The notes beneath the pieces are model-generated. The model worked only from the letters and a program-made list of their open reading frames with translations. It was not told the DNA's origin and did not search any database. From positions 1,842-65,841 of the IMG/VR virus record IMGVR_UViG_3300034523_000162: a DNA stretch of 64,000 nt; one strand, 5' to 3'. Position 1 is the stretch's first letter, and the number at the start of each line of letters is the position of its first letter. Source of the DNA: a virus (Duplodnaviria; Caudoviricetes). This document shows, in pieces, positions 46,439 through 55,323 of this stretch. Made by a program: the position numbers and the translations under genes.

Positions 46439-47061
46439 TGCAGGCCCTCCCCGAGGCAGTTGGGGCAGCCGAACGGGCCCAGGCTCTCGGCGAACTCATG
46501 GCCGCAGCCCATCGGGCAGCGACGGGTGGCCTCGCCCAGGAACAGGTCGCCCTGGGCCGCCAGGAAGCGCTGGCGGGCCTCCTCGTCGGGGCTTGGCGCC
46601 CCAGCCTCGGCCTGCAGCGTGCGTGCGGCCAGGCTGAGCGCCCGTTTGGCCTTGCCGACGTCCTGGCGGGCGGCTTTGCGCTCCTGGACGATGCGGTGGG
46701 CCCTGGAGCAGGCCGGGCACTCTGCGACGTCGTCGGGGACGTCCAGCACAGCGCCTTGGCCTGGCTCGATGCGACTGGCCTCGTAGAACGCCGACAGGTG
46801 GGTCGGGTCGGCCGGGTCGTAGTGCGGGTGGAGCATGTCCTTGCGCCAGCCATTCACCCCGGGGCATTCGTCCAGCGAACGCGCAATCGCGGTGGTGGCG
46901 GCCTTCACGACGGCGGTGTGCCGAACGTAGGCCAGGCAGGCGGCGACGGCTCTCTCCGTCCCTTTGCTGGCGGAAGGGGCAGGGTGAAGCGCCCCTAGCG
47001 CGTCCTCCTCTCCCTTTCGCCCCTTATGTTCCGATGTTTCTCTGCTGCGAACTGCTCTCAT
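46435..47061 (-). CDS. Hypothetical protein with a C-terminal zinc ribbon
   Basis: CPAC..RKAAR and CPMGC..GCPNCLGE. Confidence 0.6.
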   Translation of the reverse strand: MRAVRSRETSEHKGRKGEEDALGALHPAPSASKGTERAVAACLAYVRHTAVVKAATTAIARSLDECPGVNGWRKDMLHPHYDPADPTHLSAFYEASRIEPGQGAVLDVPDDVAECPACSRAHRIVQERKAARQDVGKAKRALSLAARTLQAEAGAPSPDEEARQRFLAAQGDLFLGEATRRCPMGCGHEFAESLGPFGCPNCLGEGLQ

Positions 47062-47096
47062 GTACAGGGCCTGCTGGCGGGGCTTTCAGATGCCTC

Positions 47097-47876
47097 CTAT
47101 TTTGCCGCAGGCGCTGCGCTAGGGATCGACCCGCTACCGTCGGGTGGGGTTTGGCCGGATTGGGGCTCTTTTGGGCCTGCCAGCTCGTTCTGGCGGGTAT
47201 CGCCTCCCCCTTGGGTGGGGCCCTTGACCAGTTTCAGGTGTTTCATTCCAGAAATCAGGGACTTAACCGGGTTGGCCTCTCCCACCGGGTTGCCCAGGCT
47301 CATGACCCGCTGTGCCCGTGCCTTGGCCTCGGGGCTGCGGCCGATCAGTTCGACCTGGACCTTGTGCGGGCGGCCTGCTGCGCGGTTGAACGCTTCGGCG
47401 GAGCCGATCAGGTAACTCGGGAAGTCGTGGCCGAGCTTGTCGCCCAGCCAAAAACCCCTGCAGCGCTTCTGGAACTCGATCCCGCGAAAGCGCAGGTCTT
47501 CCTCGGTGCCCGTCTCGCAGAGCCGTACCCATCCCCCCATGTCCTCGATCACGCGGTGGATCACCCCGTCCTGGAACGCGACGCTGGCCACCGGTCCGAT
47601 CTGCCGTATGGCGCGCTCGACCAGGGCCCAGGCGTCCATGGCGCGATCGCTGGTGCTGCCGGCGATCATCCGCACGATGTCGGCGGGCTGGGGTACGTGC
47701 ATCCCGGTGTCGGGGTTGCGCATGTGGGCAAACATCGCCTTGCACACCGCCTCGATGTCGTACTCCTCGAGCGTCACGAAGAACAACTCGACCAGGGCGG
47801 GGCTGATGGATTTGGTCTTGGCGGCGTAGATCACCGCCAAGGTTTCCGCGAGTTTGATCCGGTCAATGGGTTGCAT
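47097..47876 (-). CDS. Replication accessory protein (DUF6475 / lambda P-position helicase-loader-like)
   Basis: HMRNPDTG..P.PADIVR..AW..SVAFQD..IHRVIEDMGGWVRL; directly after the initiator. Confidence 0.75.
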   Translation of the reverse strand: MQPIDRIKLAETLAVIYAAKTKSISPALVELFFVTLEEYDIEAVCKAMFAHMRNPDTGMHVPQPADIVRMIAGSTSDRAMDAWALVERAIRQIGPVASVAFQDGVIHRVIEDMGGWVRLCETGTEEDLRFRGIEFQKRCRGFWLGDKLGHDFPSYLIGSAEAFNRAAGRPHKVQVELIGRSPEAKARAQRVMSLGNPVGEANPVKSLISGMKHLKLVKGPTQGGGDTRQNELAGPKEPQSGQTPPDGSGSIPSAAPAAK

Positions 47877-49029
47877 GGGTGTACTCCCCCTCCAGGTCGT
47901 CAGAACCGTCGTGTGGTGGTGGGTTTTGCTGGGTGTCGCTCACCCCGTACTGCGCCTTGAGCATGGCGATCACGTCGGCGCTCTGCTGCTCGACGTCGGC
48001 CTGGATGTTCCGGGTCTTGAAGCCGCCGGCAGGCGCTCCGGTACCGGTGTTGCGCTTGCCCTTGCCCGTCGCGGGCTGTTCCTGGGCGGTGATCGGGTTC
48101 GACTGCGCCTTGGCCATGGCCAGCTCCTGGTTGAGCCTCACCTGGATCTTCTGCTCGACGATCGGCGTCAGGTACTTGATCGAGCCGGGCCCTTGCTTGG
48201 GGTTGCCGTGGCGGTCATGGGTGGCGTGGTACACCGCTGCCTCGACGTCGGCGCCGGTGGCCTCCATCGCTCGCCAGAGCACCAGCTCGGCGTTGACCTC
48301 GGGGTCGAGCAGTTTGGTCAGTTTCCAGAGGCGTCCGAGCGGCCTGCGCAGTTCCTTCAGGCTGTCCGCTGGAAAGTTTCCAGTTTCCTCGCTCTCGTCG
48401 TTCGCCTCCCCGACCGTGGGGGGAGGGGGGGTATCTCCATCATCATCTATATATTCTTCTCTTCTCTTCTCTAGGGGCGTTACGCCGTTACTTTTTCCGT
48501 GTTGCGTAACGTCACCCGTAACGTCACCCGTAACGTCACCGTGTGGCGGTTCTTGCGGGGCATTCCCCTCCTGGGCGGCCTTGAGGGCGCGGAGTTTTTC
48601 CCGGTGTTTGCGCGATCGCTCGCGGCCCTTCTGGAGGTGCAGCCCGCGCCGGTCGTGGCTTGCGGTGTTGTACTCGTCGAAGTTGGGCAGCGTGATGGTG
48701 GCTGCTGCGTCGTCGCAAACCGCCCACCCGACCATCTCCAGGGCGGCGGTGAAGCCGGGCATCTGGACCAGGTCGTCTATGTAGAAGCGGTCGACATTTT
48801 CGAGCACGCCGTCTCGGGCCTCCTCGTTGGCCGTTCCCCACAATGTCACCAGTAACGACACCGTGACGTTACGCATACCGTTACGCACGCTCTTATCGGT
48901 GTAGTCCAGCCCGGGTTGCATGCCAACTGCCGCGAGGCACTGCGGGTTGCTGGCGAGCCGCCTGGCGATGGCTTCAACCTTGCGGTTGGTCACCATCTTG
49001 GAGCGGATCTTGATCCATTCGTTGGCCAT
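47863..49029 (-). CDS. Phage replication initiator (lambda O-position)
   Basis: MANEWIKIR..LVTLW..PGFTAALEMVGW..LPNFDEYN, internal GDVT repeats (iterons) and EKRREE tract; start ATG 49029. Confidence 0.8.
   Translation of the reverse strand: MANEWIKIRSKMVTNRKVEAIARRLASNPQCLAAVGMQPGLDYTDKSVRNGMRNVTVSLLVTLWGTANEEARDGVLENVDRFYIDDLVQMPGFTAALEMVGWAVCDDAAATITLPNFDEYNTASHDRRGLHLQKGRERSRKHREKLRALKAAQEGNAPQEPPHGDVTGDVTGDVTQHGKSNGVTPLEKRREEYIDDDGDTPPPPTVGEANDESEETGNFPADSLKELRRPLGRLWKLTKLLDPEVNAELVLWRAMEATGADVEAAVYHATHDRHGNPKQGPGSIKYLTPIVEQKIQVRLNQELAMAKAQSNPITAQEQPATGKGKRNTGTGAPAGGFKTRNIQADVEQQSADVIAMLKAQYGVSDTQQNPPPHDGSDDLEGEYTHATH
48440..48540. repeat. Candidate replication origin: three tandem 12-bp iterons plus an AT/pyrimidine tract
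   Basis: CGTAACGTCAC at 48505, 48517, 48529 next to CTATATATTCTTCTCTTCTCTTCTC. Confidence 0.7.
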
Positions 49030-49031
49030 GC

Positions 49032-49559
49032 TTACCCCTGGGCGCCGCTGTTGAGTGGTGGAATCGTGACGGTGCGTGACGTTGCGTCGTAATGGGCCCA
49101 GCCCACTGAGGCCATCGCCTCGCCGAAGCCTGGCGTCTCGCTGATGAAGTCGAGGGTGGAGAGGTCGGCGTCGCGCAGGATGCCGTCCGGGGCGTGCTGG
49201 TGCAGGTAGACCGCGAAGCGGTAAAGCACGCCGGCTGCGTAGGTGCGGATGGTCGCGGGCGGCAGGTCCTGCAGGCCGGTGGCCGGGTTGGCTGCCAGCA
49301 GGCGGGCGACGTTGAATAGCCGCGGATCGTTGGGGAGCTGGCTGGGCAGGCGAATCAAGCCGCCGCCGGCCTTGCGCAGGTTCGCGGCGACCTGCCGGGC
49401 GCGTATCGCGTTGCACTCGACGCAGGTGCCGGAGCTGGTGAAGCGGTTGGCCACATGCCCGTGTGCGCATGGCTTGCCGGTGAAGTACTGCGGGGTGCCG
49501 GCGGCGATCGCGGCGGCCCTTGAAGTCGGTAGGTCAGGCATCTTTTCTGCGGCTGCCAT
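49032..49559 (-). CDS. Zn-motif + initiator N-domain paralogue
   Basis: YFTGKPCAHGH..CVEC followed by a segment that aligns to the downstream initiator; AGGAGG RBS. Confidence 0.75.
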   Translation of the reverse strand: MAAAEKMPDLPTSRAAAIAAGTPQYFTGKPCAHGHVANRFTSSGTCVECNAIRARQVAANLRKAGGGLIRLPSQLPNDPRLFNVARLLAANPATGLQDLPPATIRTYAAGVLYRFAVYLHQHAPDGILRDADLSTLDFISETPGFGEAMASVGWAHYDATSRTVTIPPLNSGAQG

Positions 49560-49674
49560 TGGGTTAAGCCTCCTGGCTTGGTTGTTCTGCGGCGGAGTAT
49601 GGTCAAGGAATCGCATCAAAGCAACGTTGCGCGGCGTGGAAATAACGCCGTTTAGCGTATTTTTCCTGTGGGAA

Positions 49675-49853
49675 ACGTCATGCGTAACGTCACGCGTAAC
49701 GTCACGCGGCTAAAGGCGTGCGCGATTTTGCCCTGGTGGCGGCCTGGTGGCGGCCTGCTGGCGGGTGGTGGGTGCTGGGGGTCGGGCTGGAGCCCATCAA
49801 AGCCGAGGGGTGTGGCATTTTTAAGCGTGCGTAACGTCACGCCGTCACGTCAC
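49675..49853. repeat. Intergenic iteron copies
   Basis: CGTAACGTCAC at 49683, 49695, 49830 plus degenerate copies. Confidence 0.75.
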
Positions 49854-49893
49854 GCGCCGGCGTTTAACATAATTCTGATTATAGGAAGTGCGG

Positions 49894-50466
49894 CTATTGG
49901 GCGTGCAGGGCGAGTGGGCTACTTAGGGCGCTGAGCAAGCCTGGGGAAGGCTTGCTGGTGACGGTCGCGGGGAGCGCGGCGAGGGGTGTGACCTGGACAA
50001 CCAGGCCGGGGCGCTCCTGTACATAGTAAGCGCGGACCAGCTCCTCGACAACCTGGCAGTCGTCGGTCCACAGCACACCGTTGCAGCCGTCCTTGACCGC
50101 CTTGAGGACGTTGTCGCTGTCGGGCTTGGTGGTCGGGCGGATCAGGCCGCTGATGGCGAGGGCCTTTTTCCAGGCGGGCCAGCTGGGCGGGATGGCCTTG
50201 CGGATGTCCAGCACCAGGCCGATCGGCGCCGTGCTGGGCGGGTGGTTGCGCGCGTCGGCCGCCAGCCAGGCGATCTCCTCCTCATAGCAGCGGGTCTTCT
50301 TCGGCGTGACGTGGCCGATGGCCACGCGGCCGCGCTCGTTCAGCGCCAGCTTGCCGGCCCGGTCCCGCTTTACATAGCTGCGGGCGCGTCCTTTGCCCTG
50401 GGGGGTGCCGGGTACAAAGAACGTCGTCACGCGGGTGTCGGTGACGCTCGGTGACGTTACGGTCAT
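49894..50466 (-). CDS. rusA: RusA family Holliday junction resolvase
   Basis: VPGTPQGKGRAR..KPDSDNVLKAVKDGCNGVLWTDDCQVV. Confidence 0.9.
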   Translation of the reverse strand: MTVTSPSVTDTRVTTFFVPGTPQGKGRARSYVKRDRAGKLALNERGRVAIGHVTPKKTRCYEEEIAWLAADARNHPPSTAPIGLVLDIRKAIPPSWPAWKKALAISGLIRPTTKPDSDNVLKAVKDGCNGVLWTDDCQVVEELVRAYYVQERPGLVVQVTPLAALPATVTSKPSPGLLSALSSPLALHAQ

Positions 50467-50699
50467 AAGCCCGCCTTATCGGCTTTCGCCGCTTTTGCCT
50501 TGGCCTGGCGCCTCGCCTTGGCGGTATAGGCGCGCATCCACAGGCGGATCTTCTCGGCGGTGTCTTCACGCACGCGCCGGCCTTCCCGGATCTGGCGAAC
50601 CAGGCCGGGGTCATTGAGGGCCTCGCGGCCGATACGGCACTCGCCCACTTCGGGGTGGGCGGCGAGGAACTTGGCGATTGCGTCTTGGATTTTTCCCAT
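50463..50699 (-). CDS. Small Cro-like HTH regulator
   Basis: FL..GECRIGREALNDPGLVRQIREGR..TAEKIRLWM; first gene of the leftward unit. Confidence 0.7.
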   Translation of the reverse strand: MGKIQDAIAKFLAAHPEVGECRIGREALNDPGLVRQIREGRRVREDTAEKIRLWMRAYTAKARRQAKAKAAKADKAGL

Positions 50700-50910
50700 G
50701 GCTGCAAGGCTATATGTGGTCGGCCGGGCGTGCAACTCGTCGCTGTACGCCCGTTAGGATGTTTCCTACAGCAAGCGGCGGCGTGCTGGCGCCATCTTTT
50801 GAGCCTACTTTTGTTGCCTCTGACCGGACTGCAAGCCGCGTATTATTTCGTTTTGGGACTTGCAAGGGTGTAGGATTTTTCCTAACGTATGGCCATCGCA
50901 AAGGAGGTCC
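50700..50910. promoter_or_regulatory. Divergent promoter region with two inverted 18-bp operators
   Basis: Rightward TTGCAA-17bp-TAACGT (50860-50888) overlaps the operator at 50869-50886; second operator at 50753-50770; leftward TTGCAC-17bp-TAGCCT. Confidence 0.65.
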
Positions 50911-50913
50911 CGA

Positions 50914-51756
50914 ATGTCATCTTTCCAGCTGCTCAACTATGACCCCGTGTCGCAATACCCGATGGGTGAAGGCATTTACCTGGGCCTCCCGGACGAGACC
51001 TATTTCGCGCACCACGCGGTGTCCAACTCCCAGCTCAAGGTGTTCTCCACCAAGTCGCCGGCGCACCTCAAATACGGCGAGCGCAACGAAACCCGCGCCC
51101 AGTCGTTCGGCAAGCTGATGCACTGCGGAATCCTGGAGCCCGAGGACTTCGAGAAACGCTTTATGGCCTCCGACGCCACCCGTGTCGGCACCAAGGAATG
51201 GGACGCCGATGTGGCCCGTGCTGCGGGCCGCCAGGTCGTCAAACGCCCCGAGTTCGAGGAGGCCTTGCGCCTGCGTGACACCGTGCTGGGCCGCCCCGGG
51301 GTGCTGCGTGACCTGGTGCTGCACCCGGGCTGCACCAAAGAGTTCGCCTTTTTCTGGCGCGACCCGCTGACCGGCGTCGAGTGCCGGGGCAAGGCCGACG
51401 GTGCGCTGCTCGAGCACGGCATCGGCTTCGACCTCAAGTCGTGCGAGGACGCCGGCGAGAAGTTCATGTCGTCGGTGCGCGAGTACCGCTACCACTGGCA
51501 GAACGCCTTCTACTGCGACGGCCTGGCCGCCCTCGATGCGCCGCTCGAGGAGTTCCTGTTTATCGCCATCGAGAAAACCTACCCCTACCAGTACCAGGCC
51601 TGGGATCTGCCGCGCTGGCTGATCGCCAAGGCCCGCGAGCGGTACCAAGACACCCTGATCGAGTACGCCAAGTGCCTGCACAACGATGTGTGGCCGGGCT
51701 ACCGCCAGAACATTCAAACGCTGCCCTACCCCGAGCGCTGGGCCCAGTACGAGTAA
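50914..51756 (+). CDS. RecE/exonuclease VIII-like PD-(D/E)XK nuclease (DUF3799)
   Basis: VSNSQLK..SPAH..FG.LMH..ILEP..CRGKADG..DLKS..YHWQNAFY; AAGGAGG RBS. Confidence 0.9.
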   Translation: MSSFQLLNYDPVSQYPMGEGIYLGLPDETYFAHHAVSNSQLKVFSTKSPAHLKYGERNETRAQSFGKLMHCGILEPEDFEKRFMASDATRVGTKEWDADVARAAGRQVVKRPEFEEALRLRDTVLGRPGVLRDLVLHPGCTKEFAFFWRDPLTGVECRGKADGALLEHGIGFDLKSCEDAGEKFMSSVREYRYHWQNAFYCDGLAALDAPLEEFLFIAIEKTYPYQYQAWDLPRWLIAKARERYQDTLIEYAKCLHNDVWPGYRQNIQTLPYPERWAQYE

Positions 51757-51774
51757 CCCCCGGAGACTTTCGCC

Positions 51775-52941
51775 ATGACCGCTAACCCGCTGAACCAATA
51801 CCGCGACACCGACAACCAGAACGCCCCGGCCCAGCGCCAGCGCCCTGCGCTGCTGGACATGCTCGATTCCGATCGGGTCAAACAGGGCATCGCCGCCGTG
51901 GTCGGCAAGCATATGTCGCCCGAGCGCATGTGCCGCCTGATGGTCAATGCCGTGCATAAAACCCCGGCGCTGCTGCAGTGCGATCCGAAAACCGTCCTTG
52001 GCGCCTTCATGACGTCGGCGGCGCTGGGGCTGGAGCCCAACACCCCGCAGGGCCTGGCCTACCTGATCCCGTACAAAAAGCGGGTCAAGAAGGGCAACCA
52101 GTGGGTCGACTCCTACGATTGCCAGTTCCAGATCGGCTACAAGGGCCTCATCACCCTGGCCGGCCGGGCCGGCATCCAGATTCAGGCCGGCGCCATCCAT
52201 AAAGGTGACCTTTTCGACTACATGGTCGGCTCCGACTCGTTCCTCCGGTACCGGATCAACCTGGACACCGAGCGCGGCGACCTGATCGGCGCCTTCGCCT
52301 ACTCGAAAACCGAGGTCGGCGAGATGGCCACCGTGCTGCCGCTGTCCGAGCTGCACAAGATCCGCAGCCGTTCCGAGACCTTTAACGCCCTCGAGCGCAA
52401 CCTGCAGAACGCCGGCAACCAGGGCGAGCGCGACAAGGCCGCTAAAAAGCTGGCCGAGACGCCCTGGGTGATGTGGGAAGACGATATGGCCATCAAGTCG
52501 GCGATCAAAAAGCACGCCAAGCTGCTGCCGATGGGCAATGCCGCCCTGAGCCTGGCCGTCGAGCTGGACAGCCAGAGCGACGCCGGCGTGATCGATCTGG
52601 CCGCCGTCTCCGATGCCGACGCCGCCCTGGCCATGGTCAACGATGGCGAGATTCCGCGCGCTGCCGAGCTGCTCGAGCATGAGGAGGTCGAGCAGCTGGA
52701 GGGCCTGCACGCGGTCAAGACCCAAACCCGCGAGCCCGAGCCGGTGGCGGTCCAGGAACAGCAGCAACAACAGGCCCCGCGCCAGCAGCGCCAGCGCCAG
52801 CCGGCGGCCGAGACGCGCCAGGCTGCGCCGGTCCAGGAGCAGCAGCAGGCCCAGGACCCTGAGCCCGATCCGGTCGACGACGTGCCGCCGGGCCGCCCGC
52901 TCGGTGATAACCCGCCTGAAGACCTGTTCAACGCCGAATAA
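51775..52941 (+). CDS. recT: RecT single-strand annealing protein
   Basis: LGLEPNTPQGLAYLIPY..QFQIGYKGLI.LA..MAIKSAIK...KLLP. Confidence 0.92.
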   Translation: MTANPLNQYRDTDNQNAPAQRQRPALLDMLDSDRVKQGIAAVVGKHMSPERMCRLMVNAVHKTPALLQCDPKTVLGAFMTSAALGLEPNTPQGLAYLIPYKKRVKKGNQWVDSYDCQFQIGYKGLITLAGRAGIQIQAGAIHKGDLFDYMVGSDSFLRYRINLDTERGDLIGAFAYSKTEVGEMATVLPLSELHKIRSRSETFNALERNLQNAGNQGERDKAAKKLAETPWVMWEDDMAIKSAIKKHAKLLPMGNAALSLAVELDSQSDAGVIDLAAVSDADAALAMVNDGEIPRAAELLEHEEVEQLEGLHAVKTQTREPEPVAVQEQQQQQAPRQQRQRQPAAETRQAAPVQEQQQAQDPEPDPVDDVPPGRPLGDNPPEDLFNAE

Positions 52942-52989
52942 CCCCTGTCGCGGGGCCCCGTGCCCCGCTGCCCCTGGAGGGCTGCCCAA

Positions 52990-54798
52990 TTGAAACTGAC
53001 CCAGCTGCAACTGACTAACTGGATGCCGCACCGCGCCCTGACCCTGTCCTGGGACAAGGCCCCGATTGTGCTGCTGTGCGGGCCCAATGAGATCGGCAAA
53101 TCGTCGGTCATCGAAGGCCTGGACTTCGCCTTGAGCGGCGAATGCGCCCGCCTGGAAACCAAGGGCGCCCGTAAGGCGCTGATCACCGAGGGCGAGAAAA
53201 AGGGCGCCGTGGCCCTGACCCTGGGCGACGCGGCGATCGTGCGCAACGTCGGCGACGGCAAGGCCACCCTGGCTGGCGACTTCGCGGCGGCGGCCGGCCG
53301 GCCGGAGCTGTGGCCGTTCCTGGTCAACCACCAGCACTTCTCCTCCCTGGGCCTGGACGCGCGTCGTAAGGCGCTGTTCGGCGCCCTCAACGTGTCGACG
53401 TCGGTGTCGGCGGTGGCCCAGCTGCTGGTGGAGCGTGGCCACGACCAGCGCCGCGTCGACGCGCTGCTGCCGGCGATGGAGCGCGGCCTGGATGCGGCCG
53501 TGAAGGTCGCTAAAGAGCGAGTTAGCGAAGCCCGGGGCGCCTGGAAAGAGGTCACCGGCGAGGTCTACGGCTCGGCCAAGGCTCTGACCTGGACGGCGCC
53601 GGTACCGGAGCTGCCCGAGGACATCCAGGCGCAGATCGACGACCTGCAGGCGCGGCGCGATCGCATGGCCGCGCGCCGTGAGGTGCTGATCGCCGAGCGC
53701 CAGAAGGTGCGCAGCGACGAGGCCGCCGAGTCCGAGCGCGAGGACAAGGCTATTCAGGCCAGCGAGGCCCTGGCCGAACTGGGGTGCCCGCAGGGCGTCG
53801 AGTTTAATATCTGGCTGCTCGAGCTGGACCATTACATTCGCAACGGCGCCGAACTGCGCGGCAAGGCCCAGGGCGAGCTGGACCGGTTGACGGCCGAGCT
53901 GCTGGCGCTGCCGGCGCCGTTCGCGCCGCCGCAAACCCTGGCCTGCCCGTGCTGTGACAAGCCGCTGGTGATGAAGGGTGGCGCCCTGGTCGAGTACGTT
54001 GGCCAACTGGAAAGCGTCGACGAGTACGCCGAGGAGCGTGTCCGTCTGAAGAATGAAATCGAGCGCTTTTCCGAGAAGGTGCACAGCCAGCAGCGGGCGA
54101 TCGACGCCGCGTCGAACCGCCTGGCCCAGGCCCGCCCCCTGGTCGACCGCGTGCATGCGCACCTGGCCGCCCTGGACGAGGCCGAGGACACCCCGCAGCC
54201 GCGTTCGGTGGAGGACATCACCGCCGATATCTCCGCGCTCGATCAGGCCGGTACCGCCGATATGCTCAAGCGCAACGAGCTGGTGGCCAAGCAGCAAGCG
54301 GCCGCCGCCGCCGGTGACAAAACCCAGCGCGCCCTCCAGCTGCACCACGCGCTGGAAGCCTGGGACGCCCTGGCCACGGCCCTGGAGCCGTCCGGCGTGC
54401 CTAACGAGCTGCTGACCAAGGCCCTCAAGCCGCTAAACGACCGCCTGCGCGTGTCGGCCGGCGCGACGGGCTGGTCGCAGGTCCAGGTCGGCGCCGATAT
54501 GACCATCTACTACGGCCAGCGCCTGGCGTCCCTGGCGTCGGAGTCGGGCCGCTGGCGCGCTGACGCGATGCTCACCGAGGCGATCCTGCACCTGGCCGGC
54601 GTGCCGTCGCTGATCCTCGATCGGGTCGACGTCCTCGATCTGCGCAGCCGCTCGGCCTGCCTGCGCTGGCTGCATGGCCTGGCCACTTCCGGCGAGCTGG
54701 CCACCGCGCTGGTGCTGGGCACGCTCAAAGAGCCGCCGAAGCTGCCGGGCACCTATGACGTTCAATGGCTCGGTGAGCCTGTGGCGGTGGGCGCGTAA
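52990..54798 (+). CDS. SMC/SbcC-like ABC ATPase
   Basis: Walker A GPNEIGKS, coiled coil with central CPCC hook, degenerate signature ASESGRWR, Walker B LILDRVD; GGAGG RBS then TTG. Confidence 0.8.
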   Translation: MKLTQLQLTNWMPHRALTLSWDKAPIVLLCGPNEIGKSSVIEGLDFALSGECARLETKGARKALITEGEKKGAVALTLGDAAIVRNVGDGKATLAGDFAAAAGRPELWPFLVNHQHFSSLGLDARRKALFGALNVSTSVSAVAQLLVERGHDQRRVDALLPAMERGLDAAVKVAKERVSEARGAWKEVTGEVYGSAKALTWTAPVPELPEDIQAQIDDLQARRDRMAARREVLIAERQKVRSDEAAESEREDKAIQASEALAELGCPQGVEFNIWLLELDHYIRNGAELRGKAQGELDRLTAELLALPAPFAPPQTLACPCCDKPLVMKGGALVEYVGQLESVDEYAEERVRLKNEIERFSEKVHSQQRAIDAASNRLAQARPLVDRVHAHLAALDEAEDTPQPRSVEDITADISALDQAGTADMLKRNELVAKQQAAAAAGDKTQRALQLHHALEAWDALATALEPSGVPNELLTKALKPLNDRLRVSAGATGWSQVQVGADMTIYYGQRLASLASESGRWRADAMLTEAILHLAGVPSLILDRVDVLDLRSRSACLRWLHGLATSGELATALVLGTLKEPPKLPGTYDVQWLGEPVAVGA

Positions 54799-54834
54799 GC
54801 GCCCCCTCTCCCCCCTTTTCCTGGAGTACTCCCT

Positions 54835-55308
54835 GTGATTGTGTTCTCGATCGTCAACCCGTCCGACCCGTACACCCTGGTTGCCCCGTCCCTCAAGATC
54901 GCGGCGGTGGCCACCTGCATCTTCGGCGAGGGCCGCTATGGCCTGCGCCAGTGCGATGGCCACGGCGACGCCGCCATGCCGGTGTTCCTGGAGTTCGGTC
55001 ATGAAACCTGGTTTCAGCGTAAATTCGGCGAAACCTTCGAGCAGGCTCTGTACGACGTACATAGTCGGCATCGTGAAGCAATGGTGCGCTGCCTGGGCTC
55101 GGTGCTGTGGGGGCAGCTGCCCGACCGCCTGGAAATAGGCCCCGAGCTGGACAAGCTGGGGGTCGAGGCCCGCGCCCAGCGCCTCCTGGAGTGGCATGAC
55201 AGCAAGCGCAGCTCGGCCGACGATATCGGCCGCCGCGCCTGGGATTACAGCAATCGCCTGGCCCTCACCCTGCAGGCTGACGACTACGCCCCCGCCCCGG
55301 TCCACTGA
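54835..55308 (+). CDS. Hypothetical protein
   Basis: GGAG RBS, GTG start; IVNPSDPYT motif. Confidence 0.65.
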   Translation: MIVFSIVNPSDPYTLVAPSLKIAAVATCIFGEGRYGLRQCDGHGDAAMPVFLEFGHETWFQRKFGETFEQALYDVHSRHREAMVRCLGSVLWGQLPDRLEIGPELDKLGVEARAQRLLEWHDSKRSSADDIGRRAWDYSNRLALTLQADDYAPAPVH

Positions 55309-55323
55309 TAAGGAATCCTCGCT

